From contig NW_026866561.1 in the NCBI RefSeq assembly GCF_026571515.1, forward strand, positions 1 through 64,000: a DNA stretch of 64,000 nucleotides, read 5' to 3'. The notes below the pieces were generated by a model. That model ran no database searches. It saw nothing but the letters and a program-made list of their open reading frames with translations, and was not told where the DNA came from. A program made the position numbers and the translations under genes. Every line of letters begins with the position of its first letter. The first letter of the stretch is position 1. The stretch is from Ruditapes philippinarum (lineage: Eukaryota). Of the stretch, positions 13,201-25,284 are shown piece after piece.

Positions 13201-14389
13201 TAAGAATTGAAAATGCATTATAATTACATTAACATTTCAAAGCATTAAAATGTAAATGGCTTATTATTGATATACTTTATACATGTAGTTAGGACTACGA
13301 TTTATTAAGTATGTCTACATTCTTAAATGTTAGTTTACATAGTTTTGTTTCTGCTAACTTGGAAAGCAAAGGATTTCTTCATCAACTAGTTCACCTTTTG
13401 TTATTTACATCCCAACAAAGTCTCCCTCTAACATAGTCAAGAATAAAATCGTAACACAGGTTGATGTATTAAATTATTTAATAATACAAGTCAACAAACT
13501 GCCACGACTATAGGACAATAATAACAGATATTTAGCTAGTAGGTACTGTAGAAATTGATCTAAGTATTTTCTTCTTTCGTTCTGAAGTTAAAAGCTTCTA
13601 CCCTCTACCTTACCTGAAATAGAAACAATTACAAATTCAATAATTTTTTAAGTTAATGTATTAGATAAGTTTATGAAACAACAATTTCAGCTAGTTAGCT
13701 ATGAAGTACAAACATGATCATGATGAAGTACAGATACAACATCTTATTTATTATTTCTAGATTTAAAACAGTCCTCAGTGCTTAAGTATTCTAATGGTTA
13801 AACCCTAGAAGAAACCTTCAGGTTTATTTCTATTATAAAGGAATAATATATTTATCTAGTAATTTAAAAATCGAATTAATTACTTACTTTAGCAATGGCT
13901 TTGCTTTAGATGGCATTGGTTTCTGTCGACTGCGTATAACGAATGACATATCTGCCTTGAAAACAATTTCCTCCAGTAGCTGAATATTCAAAGTTGTTCT
14001 TTAGCATGATACAGTACTTGTAAGGATAGAAGCATCATTGTTTCTGTTGGCAGCACAATAAGATCCTAACATTTTACGTAGCCAGTTGTTCACACAGTAA
14101 CCAAAGATTTCACAAATATACTTTCTATAAAAGCTTTTGAAACTTGAAGTTAGCATTTTTATCAAAAGAGATAAATGCACCTTACAGAAATATAATATCT
14201 TGATCACCAAACTCTGCAAACATGGAGCTGTACACAGGAATATGGGATAAGAAAACATATGAATGAACAATGTATATTTTTTGTTGTTGCAAACTGCGGC
14301 TAAGTAATGTATGACTATATCATGAGGAAAGAAATACAACAATGAATACTACAAATTTGTAGTGAAGGAAACATTTTCCGAAAGAGGAA

Positions 14390-15026
14390 CAAAGTTGAAG
14401 TTACTAAGACAGAATTGAGTCTTGCTTGCTGAAGAAGCGTGCGTTTACGCCATGTATATCGTCTTAAAGTTAGATAGAACTCTCCAAACGGGTCAACCAT
14501 ATCTCTTTGACCAATACTTATCAAAACCGTATTTCTAGCTTTACTGTTATTAATATGTATGTAGTTAAAGTATTCTTTAAATGGGTGTAAAACTAAATTG
14601 TTATCACCACACGATATATGAATCATCCCCTATCCTGTCAATTAAACTGAATATTTCATTAAAATATTCGGGTTTATCAGAATTTGTGCCGTATAAATTT
14701 ACTAGAGTAATGTTCTGCCCTTCAATAGTTAATTCTTACACTATACAATTTCCATTTGGGTCAATAAATTAATTATGGATTTTGTAATAAAGGTTACTAT
14801 TGAAAATAATTGCTACCCCTCTAGAGTTACATGTTCCAGGGCTTAAAATACATTCATTATTCCATTCACAGTATAACTTTTTATACATATCTAAAGTAAA
14901 ATGTGTGTATTGAAGACACTAAATGATGTACTGTTTTTTGTTGTTTTTTTAATGTAAAACGGATTATCTGTTTTTAGACACATTCAGACCTAAATAATTC
15001 AGAGATAAGACATTTATATTACTCAT
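14390..15026 (-). pseudogene. L1/Tx1-like LINE ORF2 endonuclease (APE) domain, degraded and 3'-truncated
   Basis: MSNINVLSLNYLGLN...SRGVAIIF...TLVNLYGTN...CGDNNLVL...MVDPFGEFY...YTWRKRTLLQQARLN are APE motifs; frameshifted, and no RT follows. Confidence 0.85.
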
Positions 15027-15549
15027 ACAGTTCTAGTTTACTTTCTAAAAAATAAAAGACATAGGTTAAGATATACCCAAATAACATCATTAACATTATG
15101 GCAGACTGTGACTCACATACACTACAAAACATTAATACACAACAAAAAATATTTAAACCAATGTTTCAAAAATGTTTGACAGTAAACCTCTTTTAACCGA
15201 AACCATTTTACTACAACTAAGAAATTGAAACATGTATATTTCTACACTTTTGATATAATAGCGTCAATACTTAACATAATAAGACAATTTAGCAGTATAT
15301 ATATATATATATATATACTCACGTTGAAATTCAGATAGTAATTGTTAGAAAAACATATATTTGTTTAACTTTTATACTCATAAAAAAACAGAAATGATAT
15401 CTAAAAAGTCATAAAAAATAAGATTTCTTGAACAGCTTTCACCAGTAAATACAGTTAGATTGCATTTGTAATGGAGGTAATATCAAAATTCCGTATGTAC
15501 AAAAAAGACATTTTATACACAAAAGCACAAATAAATATATATACACATA

Positions 15550-15839
15550 CAGTTGACTCCCGGTAACACGAATTTCAAGGGAGTGTGCATTTCACTTAGA
15601 GAGAAACGGAATTCGAGTAACGTTGATCTGCCGCCATTACGTTTTCATTTGTACATGTATATAGATGTCCAAAGTAGTAGGTTTGACTTATTGAAATGAA
15701 AATATGCCAGAGTTTAATTGACGGGACCAAAATGTGACCTAAGCGGAGTTAAATTACAAAAATTGGACGGGACTTTAGAATTTTTTCGATTAACGCGGAA
15801 TTTTGAGTAAGGCGATTCTGACTTATTGAGAATCAACTG
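15550..15839. mobile_element. Tc1/mariner (pogo/Tigger-like) MITE
   Basis: TA-CAGTTGACTC...GAATCAACTG-TA: TIRs with TA TSD, inserted in the LINE inter-ORF spacer. Confidence 0.8.

Positions 15840-15886
<47 letters not shown>
15840..15886 (+). repeat. (TA)n(TG)n compound microsatellite
   Basis: Seen directly. Confidence 0.95.
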
Positions 15887-16114
15887 TATCCTTACATTTT
15901 TGGATAACAAGTTCACCGTAAGGCTAAAAAACTACATATTTATATGTATGAATTAGGAAACCAAAAACAGCAGGGGTATATTAACACTGAAACAAATTGT
16001 GTTAAGTGTTTATTTCTTGTTTTTCCTTCAGGCCAGGGTAAAATAAGTCATTAGCTGTATTTCCGAAATTTCACCTCCTTTGTTTTTAAGATACACCTTT
16101 CGTTTGATTTCTCT

Positions 16115-17046
16115 TTAAATGTACCATAGAGTATACCATCGTTGCACCAACATTTTTATTTCAGTCGTTTTGTGTCTTTAAGACGCAGCGATGACAAAAC
16201 TTGTTGATTGGGCCAAGTAAGACCGTGGTTTATATAGAGCCCGGTTAATTTCAGCTTACGTACATTTTGCATAATGTCGTTTTCCACCTGCCTGCGACAA
16301 AATTTCACATTTACCGGTCCGGTTCTGTAAGAACTTCCACACACGGTGCGCTATGTCAATATTTTCCTCCGTAGTTGACACAGACAAGTGTTTATTTATT
16401 AATAGTAAAACTTGTGAAGTTGTCTGCTGTGAAGTTTGGCGATCTATGTCGTCCGGAACACCGAATATTCTTTTATAGTTCCTGAGACTATACTTTTCTA
16501 TATCGTTCGTGATCTTTTCGTGTTCTTCTGCCCCCGTCGTATTTTGTCGCGTACACAATTTGTTCTCTCGTGTAAGTCATCAATTTCTTTCTTTTTCGAT
16601 TTCATTTCCTCATTGACTTTTTGTATTTCAAGTGCGTGATCATGCACTTCCTCGATTACTTCAAATTTTGTAACTATTGAACTAACAAATTGATCTTTCA
16701 TTTTATTTATAGTATCTTTTACTAATTCTCTAATCAAAGATATATCACTTTTTGTGATAACATTGCACAATTGTTCATTAATCAAATCTAATATTTCGTT
16801 TCAGGAAATGTCTTGTTTTTTTTTCCATATATTCAGCCAATGTTTTTTGTTTCTTACTCTTTGTTTTTTTTTTGTCTTTTTCTTCTTTTCTGTGAAATGT
16901 GAAATTACTCGGGTCTTCAAATATTGATGTGTCAAGTGTATGTGTACTTGTATCACATTCACTATTAGTTGAAGAATGTCCGCGCTTTGTCCTTGGACTC
17001 ATGAGACAGTCCATTGACCATTATAAACTGGCATGTAAATTCATTC
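16115..17046 (-). pseudogene. L1/Tx1-like LINE ORF1 (coiled coil + RRM + CTD), frameshifted
   Basis: Joined ORF pieces give a coiled coil, then NDIEKYSLRNYKRIFGVPD, IDIAHRV, PVNVKFCRR, RKLKLTGLYINHGLT. This matches the ORF1/Transposase_22-type pattern. Confidence 0.85.
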
Positions 17047-17297
17047 AAGGGGTTTAATGAAGCGTGATGACACTTTTGCCCGGTGTGATGTACAGGTAAA
17101 TTATTTTACCTGCAATAACCCATATATTCATTATATATATGAAAAGTTCTATAAACGTTCATTTCAAAAAGCAAAATTCAATGTCCGTTTAGATTATACC
17201 GTCTTGTTGCAGTCAGTTTTCACACACTTTCATTTTTTTTTATTTCTAAGTCTTGATGAAAGCGATTTATTGAGTTTTATTCTTTAATTTTTATTTG

Positions 17298-18160
17298 TTA
17301 TGCCCCCACAAAGTGGGAGCATATAGCGTTGCACTTGTCCGTCCGTCCGTACGTACGTCTGTCCTTACAAACCAGAGCTACACTATTGGGTTTGGTCTAT
17401 TGTTCTCATAACAATAAATGTATTTGATGTCATTCATTCCGTTTCTCTTGTGTGGTTATTTTCTGCATTGTGGGGTTAAAAAGAACAAAAGAAATAACAA
17501 AAGAAAACCCAATAATGTAGCTCTTGTAAGACCTTTCGTCCGTCCGTCCGTCTGTCCGTACGTTCCGAAATCTTGTAAACGCAACTCCTCATAAACCAGA
17601 TGACAGATTTTGCTTAAACTTTCAGGGATGAAGAACCTTAATGTGTAGATGGTAGTAAAGGAAGGGATTTTTGCTGCGACCAAATTTAACAGAATTATGG
17701 CCCTTTGTTTATTTTTTCACCATATACTATGTAGAAATTTTGTGAACGCAACTCCTCTTAAACTGGATGGCAGATTTTGCTTATACTTCCGGGGATGAAC
17801 AACCTTAATGTGCAGATGGTATTAAAGGAAGGAATTTTTGCTGCGACCAAATTTAACATAATTATGGCCATTTGTTGATTTTTTTCACAATATACTATGT
17901 AGAAATTTTGTGAACGCAACTCCTCTTAAACCGGATGGCAGATTTTGCTTAACTTCCAGGGATGAACAACCTTAATGTGTAGATGTTGGTAAAGGAAGGA
18001 ATTTTTGCTGCGACCAAATTTAACAGAATTATGGCCCTTTGTTGATTTTTAGTTTTCAACGTGTGGCACATGTAGTCCAAAAAATATTTGACCTAGAGTC
18101 ATAAGATTGACAGAACAGTGGCGTGTGGGGGCATCCGTGTCCTATGGACACATTTCTAGT
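17298..18160 (+). mobile_element. non-autonomous Helentron/HINE-type element with ~168-bp internal tandem repeats
   Basis: 5' TTATGCCCCCAC subterminal IR, (GTCC)n microsatellite, three ~167-168-bp units (17574, 17741, 17909), 3' GTGGGGGCAT IR plus GTGTCCTATGGACAC hairpin, T-rich flanks. Confidence 0.85.
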
Positions 18161-18361
18161 TTTTGTTTATTATTTTTTATTCTTTTTTTTTCAAGTAAAA
18201 TACAAATGTATTAATAGTGAACTAAATGGGAATTTCAGCTCGTTTGCGACATTAGAATAACGTTCTTGATTCGATTGTTTTTGCACCTGCTGTTTGGCGC
18301 TACATTGTGACGTCACGTAAACAACACTTTAACATCTGTACAGCGTTAACGACTGAATTAA

Positions 18362-20945
18362 ATTGATTTGTATGGCCAGAAAATCCGGCACAGAATATAT
18401 TTCCAGATTTCTTATCCATTTGACTCAAAATTAAAAAAGCCGTTAAGATATTTAAAGGAGTCCTTAACTAAAAAGTGTCTACATCACAATATATGATGTT
18501 TATTCCTTTCTTTGGTCTTGCCGAAACAATTTTCTTGTAAAAGATACCTCCGAAATACCTCGTCCATTTTGGCTTCGCTTCCTAACTTTAATCTGTTGAA
18601 TTCAACTTAATTGGCTATTTCGATTTAGATTTACATTTAATTGGTCCACTTGATTGATTTAATTTAATAAGTTCAGAATTTGTTATGAGTTATTTTGACC
18701 AATCAATCTTATAGTTATCATTGTCATGACTACTTAAAAGTGTATAAATACCGGATGAATTCCTATAGTTCTTGTCTTGGGAACTGGTCGACATGTCATT
18801 TCACTTTATAGCTTTAGAGCGTTGACACCTTTTCAAAATAATTAAGTTTTGACTTTATTTAAATCTAATTTGATTTATAAATTTAAGTTAAATTAATATT
18901 AAATACTTAGATTTTTTTCTATAAATAGTCATTAATCGTAGATTTAGATTCTAAATATAATTTTATCTAACTTATTGATGAATAAATTCTATGACTGTCA
19001 TTTAAATAAATCTCATAGTGTTAAAATTATAAAGTATTGTCGTCTACTTTCATTGTATTAGCCCTGATGTCTATCATACACGTGAATTATAATTTGTTAA
19101 ATACTTTTTGATTAACATTGGGTGTTTTTAAATCCATCTTGCCACGTTTTTATAAACTCTAAATTGTTGTTATTGATTTGTATGGCCAAAAATCCGGTAC
19201 AAAATAGATTTCCAGATTCCTTATCCATTTGACTCAAAATATAAAAAAAAACTGCCGTTAAGATATTTAATAGGGTTCCTTAACCGAACAGTGTCTATAT
19301 CACAATTTATTCCTTTCTTTATATTGGCCTTGCCGAAACCATTCTCTTGTAAAAGATACCTCCGAAATTGACGGTTTTGGCGATTGATACATATTCACTT
19401 CAATGTACTGTTATGCCGATGCCCTTCATATCAATGAGTTTATTATATACAATAATATTCTCTGCTATAACATATATTGGTAAAGAAATGTTTAACTTTA
19501 CGTAATTCAGTAACCAGTTAAAAATGTCGAAATTATTATTAACAGTATGCAGTAAACTCCATTAATGAATGTTTGTGTTTGATTCTATTACAAATTCATG
19601 ATTTGCACGTGTTGTTTAAAAGCATTATTGGAATAAATAATGTTATTTACTTGCTCATTTGCTTTCAATTTCGACTTTTTATTTGTTATTTTTTTAACAT
19701 TTACCGGTTGCCAAAATATATTCACAGGGAAATCATGTTCCACTTTTCGCTCAAAATCGTCAATAAAAATATGTGTATTTATATTTACAAGTTGTTTCCA
19801 TGACGTAAAGATAGACTGATGTCGCCCAGGGCCCCTTTTACCGCCAGCAATAGCTGCATCATCTATTATAACAATGCCAATGTGTCTGTGTAAAAGACTC
19901 TGGTAACTGACTGCAAAGATCCAGTTCGGTTCATGTTTCCAGATTGTTTACATATTTTGAGAATGATTCGACAGTATTTGTTTTATAACGTACTCAGAAA
20001 GCTTCCAAATAAAGATACGCTTGCTTTATTTTGCTATACCATTGTGTTCCTTTTTTTTTTCGCTGGTGAATCGTCTTCTTTAAAAATTACGGGTCTATTT
20101 GTATTGATATGCCAGTAGGGACAGTCATTCGCAAGTCCCAAAACTAATAAATTCCCTTTCGGAGAAAAAACTTTATTCATGTCATTAATTCGATTACCAT
20201 GCATTTGTATTCCGCTCTTTGGTTTATAAGGTTCAAGTTAAGGTATGTCTTGCTATCTTGATGGTCTATCCTAAAAGATAATTTTGCTTAAATTATAAGA
20301 CAATTCATTAGAAAACAAGTTAGAGCCACTATATAAAAGCAAAAATCAGCAACACATTAGCAAAATTTAGACATTTAGACAATGAAGGTCTAGGTCAATA
20401 TAAATGAGTGTCAATGTTAGTTTAGCCTGCTTAAAGACTTTGTCTTAACAGTTGTTGTGGCCCAATATGAAAACAATAAATCCAAAACTGAAACAGTTAT
20501 GATCAAATTTGTGGAACGCAACACAGACAGGACTGTATTTTTTTTTTTTCAAAAAAAAAATATGGAGCAAAAACATAAGGATTCTATAATCACACAATGG
20601 TCTGACTAGCCTGGAAATGCTGCTTGGATATATATTTAGTAAATTTAGACCAATACTTTATACGAAAGGTAATTAAACAAGTTTCCACTGTACATTTAGT
20701 GGCTGAATATAACTTTTATGTAAAAAAATAGCCCATAGTCTTCAGATTTTGAGTACTTTTTTTAAAAAATATGAAGTGCTAGTAGCCCATTATGTAAAAA
20801 GTTCAAGGCAAATGTTAAGCTCTTAAACTAGAAATGTTGGCACCTTCTAAATTCAAAGCCGGCAAATTCAGCCAAATTTTTGATAGAGTGGTCTTCTCTC
20901 TAGACATAGGGAACAAGTTGGTATATTAGTATTTATAACATATGC
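18362..20945 (-). pseudogene. nSTAND3-like NTPase relic, copy 2
   Basis: Homologous to 9885-11292: LLHRHIGIVIIDDAAIAGGKRG (degenerate Walker A, ~19830-19895) and HIFIDDF (~19755-19775). Downstream NPIKYLNG..SQMDKESGNLFCTGFLAIQIN occurs twice. Confidence 0.55.
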
Positions 20946-21039
20946 AAGGAATCAAAAGAAAACATCAATGGATGTGGTAGGAAAACATTAACATTGTGAT
21001 ACAGATATCGTAAGAAGTGTGTATGGTAGTTTACCTTAC

Positions 21040-22902
21040 CTTCAAATAGTGAAGATTAAAACAATTAAACTCACTTTCATCCAAAGTAATGCCATCGATG
21101 GATTAAACTGTCCATTTGTACCTCTGTTGAAGGCTGTAAGGGGCCGTTCCATCTGGCAACTCGATTGGTTGTTTGAGGGAGGCGATAAAATGACATATTG
21201 ATACTAATTTTCCAGTCCTATTAAAATTGACCAACACTTCAAGATCATGTTTGCTGAGATTTAAAATCTGGGCCACTATAGCTACATGTTTCCTACGCTT
21301 TGTGCTTGCTCTAGTTATTGGTGATGAAAGTCCCGCTTCCCTAGCACATTTTTCGTAAGACATCTGCCACTTCTTAGAGGACTTAAATACCCAAAGTTTG
21401 CTCTAGCAAAATATATGTTATTTATTTCACAGCACCCGCTTCAGATCGCCATTTAAGCAGAAGATGAATATTATTTTTTTTCCAGAGTTAGAACTGCCAT
21501 AGTACGTTTCCTTTTTCCACGGATTTCTACTGTGCAAATAGATATCAGCAGATTTGTCTTAGTTTTATTAAGGAACCTTCAACTTCATAAGATGCCTTCG
21601 CCTATGCATTTGTTTCTCTCTTTTTGTAGCGTTCAACTGTAAATCATTTTGTTTCTCTACCTCCTCGTCTATTAAAGAGGGTCAGTTGTGCCAATGTAAC
21701 TCCCAATTATTTTTTTGAAAATGTCTCGTCTAAAGCTTCTGTCAACAGTTTCGAATATTTTTGCAACATCGTCCCATTGTTCCTTAAGTTTTTTGTCCAT
21801 TCCCCTTCACAAATTGTCAGAAATTTCACTGCTTTTTCCTTCCTCTGTTCTCTGTATTTTAGCACACTTTGTGAAGGTGTCCATTTTTCAATGCTAGGAA
21901 TGGACTCAACTATGTGTTTGTTTCTTTGTTGAATTTACAAAAATACTGAGTGTTTTTCACCGCCAATGGAAATTCCCTGTGATAAAACATGTCACATAAA
22001 TATATCACATTAGCATTATATATTCTAGCACTTATCAGAAATCTAACTAATTATCTCATTGTTAGAATTATGTGAGCATAGAGATGTCTCTGATATGTTT
22101 TTCTCCTTATTTTATAATAATACGGTCGGATTTGTAATTTCATCTCGAGCCGTCCGACTAATTACATTCTCTTTTAGGCCTTTAAAATTCTTCAATGAAA
22201 GAAGACAGTTAACGTCTAACTTCTGATTATTTTTTTCGTCTGTTTTACCTTCATGAAAGTTACTTGTCTGTTGGTTTAACTATCAACTGGATCTTAGGAA
22301 AAAACCCAGTCAAAATTCACAGGGAAGATAATGATGATCCTCTGCTGATTTGTGTTAAGGATTTTTATCCCATATGATATCATACAGTATTATACTAATA
22401 GTAACCAGCATTTATCAGTTTTGCTAGTCTGACCTTTCTTTCCTTAGATCCAACAGGGCAATGTAACACATTTTTCACTTCTGTTTTTTCTTTGTGTGTG
22501 CAAATATAAGTTTTTTATGCTTGTAAAACTATAACCAAAAGATAGTGATGATCCTTGTTTAGTTATTTCCCAATAAATGTCATTGACTGTTTGTACCTTC
22601 ACAACACTGAATATGCCATTTCATTTAACCTAAGATTCGATAATGTCCTCCTGAATAATTTGCTCTTATTCTGTTTTACCCTTGTCCGGGCTTTTCTTTT
22701 TTAAGATCAGCTGGGGAAAGGTCTCAGTGACCTCATATGTGTCTGAATCCTGCACGTTATCAATACATTCTGAACACGTTTACTTTTAGTTCTCTTTTTG
22801 GGCTTGATACAGACCCTCAGCCGAGTCTGTAGTAGATGTTTAAGAACAGTTATCAGGGTCATGCCCTGAGTCATCTGATAAAGAAAAGCCGTCTTCAGAA
22901 CT
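21040..22902 (-). pseudogene. Crypton-like tyrosine recombinase exon, copy 2
   Basis: Acceptor TTTTTCAG at ~22903. Acidic SSEDGFSLSDDSG, then HKEKTEVKNVLHCPVGSKERKVRLAKLINAG, PCEF*LGFF, VISRTARDEIT, VEIRGKRKR, STKRRKHVAIVAQILNL, FYRLPQ. Donor GTAAG at 21039. Confidence 0.85.
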
Positions 22903-23232
22903 CTGAAAAAATATTATTGGTTGCATTCTTTAGTTGGGCTTAATGTCCCATTATATGGTGGCATTCAGTGAAGGACTACCCAATGACACATATGAATAAC
23001 CACCTATCTTCCATTAGTCAGCTGGATAGCATCCCCAAATAATAAGCTCTGATCTAGATAGGGCATGAACTCAGACAAGAACAACATTATTTGCTGAGGT
23101 TATCAGCCTCAATTAAGGAACTTTTTAACTCAGGTAACTAAATTGTCAAAAAGTAAAACAAGAGGGTCAGGTTGGCCTATATAACGCTCACTTAAATACT
23201 TATACTGTCCATGACAAATAAAACATGTATGC

Positions 23233-23971
23233 ACAATTACCGGTCTGGTTTTTCCATTGAACTTCCACACACGGTGCGCTATGTCAATATTTTCCTCCGT
23301 AGTTGACACAGACAAGTGTTTATTTATTAATTGTACAACTTGTGAAGTTGTCTGCTGTGAAGTTTGGCGATCTATCTCGTCCGGAACACCGAATATTCTT
23401 TTATAGTTCCTGAGACTATACTTTTCTATATCGTTCGTGATCTTTTCGTGTTCTTCTGCCTCCCGTCGTATTTTGTCGCGTACACAATTTGTTCTCTCGT
23501 GTAAGTCATCAATTTCTTTCTTTTTCGATTTCATTTCCTAATTGACTTTTTGTATTTCAAGTGCGTGATCATGCACACTTCCTTCGATTACTTCAAATTT
23601 TGTAACTATTGAACTAACAAATTGATCTTTCATTTTATTTATAGTATCTTTTACTAATTCTCTAATCAAAGATATATCACTTTTTGTGATAACATTGCAC
23701 AATTGTTCATTAATCAAATCTAATATTTCGTTTCAGGAAATGTCTTGTTTTTTCATATATTCAGCCAATGTTTTTTGTTTCTTACTCTTTGTTTTTTTTT
23801 GTCTTTTTCTTCTTTTCTCTGAAATCTGAAATTACTCGGGTCTTCAAATATTGATGTGTCAAGTGTATGTGTACTTGTATCACATTCACTATTAGTTGAA
23901 GAATGTCCGCACTTTGTCCTTGGACTCATGAGACAGTCCATTGACCATTTTAAACTGGCATGTAAGTTCAT
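23233..23971 (-). pseudogene. L1/Tx1-like ORF1, duplicated copy truncated at the junction
   Basis: ORFs 23130-23534 and 23753-23971 match the 16.1-17.0 kb ORF1. Confidence 0.85.
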
Positions 23972-24224
23972 TCAAGCGGTTTAATGAAGCGTGATGACAA
24001 TTTTGCCCGGTGTGATGTACAGGTAAATTATTTTACCTGCAATAACCCATATATTCATTATATATATGAAAAGTTCTATAAAAGTTCATTTCAAAAAGCA
24101 AAATTCAATGTCCGTTTAGATTATACCGTCTTGTTGCAGTCAGTTTTCACACACTTTCATTTTTTTTTATTTCTAAGTCTTGATGAAAGCGATTTATTGA
24201 GTTTTATTCTTCAATTTTTATTTG

Positions 24225-25083
24225 TTATGCCCCCACAAAATGGGAGCATATAGCGTTGAACTTGTCCGTCCGTCCGTACGTACGTCTGTCCTTACAAACC
24301 AGAGCTACACTATTGGGTTTGGTCTATTGTTCTCATAACAATAAATGTCTTTGATGTCATTCATTCCGTTTCTCTTGTGTGGTTATTTTCTGCATTGTGG
24401 GGTTAAAAAGAACAAAAGAAATAACAAAAAAACCCATAATGTAGCTCTTGTAAGACCTTTCGTCCGTCCGTCCGTCTGTCCGTACGTCCCGAAATCTTGT
24501 GAACGCAACTCCTCATAAACCAGATGGCAGATTTTGCTTAAACTTTCAGGGATGAACAACCTTAATGTGTAGATGGCAGTAAAGGAAGGGATTTTTGCTG
24601 CGACCAAATTTAACAGAATTATGGCCCTTTGTTGATTTTTTTACCATATACTATGTAGAAATTTTGTGAACGCAACTCCTCTTAAACTGGATGGCAGATT
24701 TTGCTTAAACTTCCGGGGATGAACAACCTTAATGTGTAGATGGTAGTAAAGGAAGGAATTTTTGCTGCGACCAAATTTAACATAATTATGGCCATTTGTT
24801 GATTTTTTCACTATATACCATGTAGAAATTTTGTGAACGCAACTCCTCTTAAACCGGATGGCAGATTTTGCTTAACTTCCAGGGATGAACAACCTTAATG
24901 TGTAGATGTTGGTAAAGGAAGGAATTTTTGCTGCGACCAAATTTAACAGAATTATAGCCCTTTGTTGATTTTTAGTTTTCAACGTGTGGCACATGTAGTC
25001 CAAAAAATATTTGACCTAGAGTCATAAGATTGACAAAACAGTGGCGTGTGGGGGCATCCGTGTCCTATGGACACATTTCTAGT
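24225..25083 (+). mobile_element. HINE-type element, duplicate of 17298-18160
   Basis: Same structure, within duplication unit B. Confidence 0.85.
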
Positions 25084-25284
25084 TTTTGTTTATTATTTTT
25101 CATTCTTTATTTTTCAAGTAAAATACAAATGTATTAATAGTGAAATAAATGGGAATTTCAACTCGTTTGCGACATTAGAATAACGTTCTTGATTCGATTG
25201 TTTTTGCACCTGCTGTTTGGCGCTACATTGTGACGTCACGTGAACAACACTTTTACATCTGTACAGCGTTAACGACTGAATTAA

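Larger units (their letters stand above)
16307..23230 (+). repeat. tandem segmental duplication, unit A (~6.93 kb)
   Basis: Near-identical to 23233-30154; ORF offsets 17057->23984 (6927) and 19573->26499 (6926). Confidence 0.95.
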
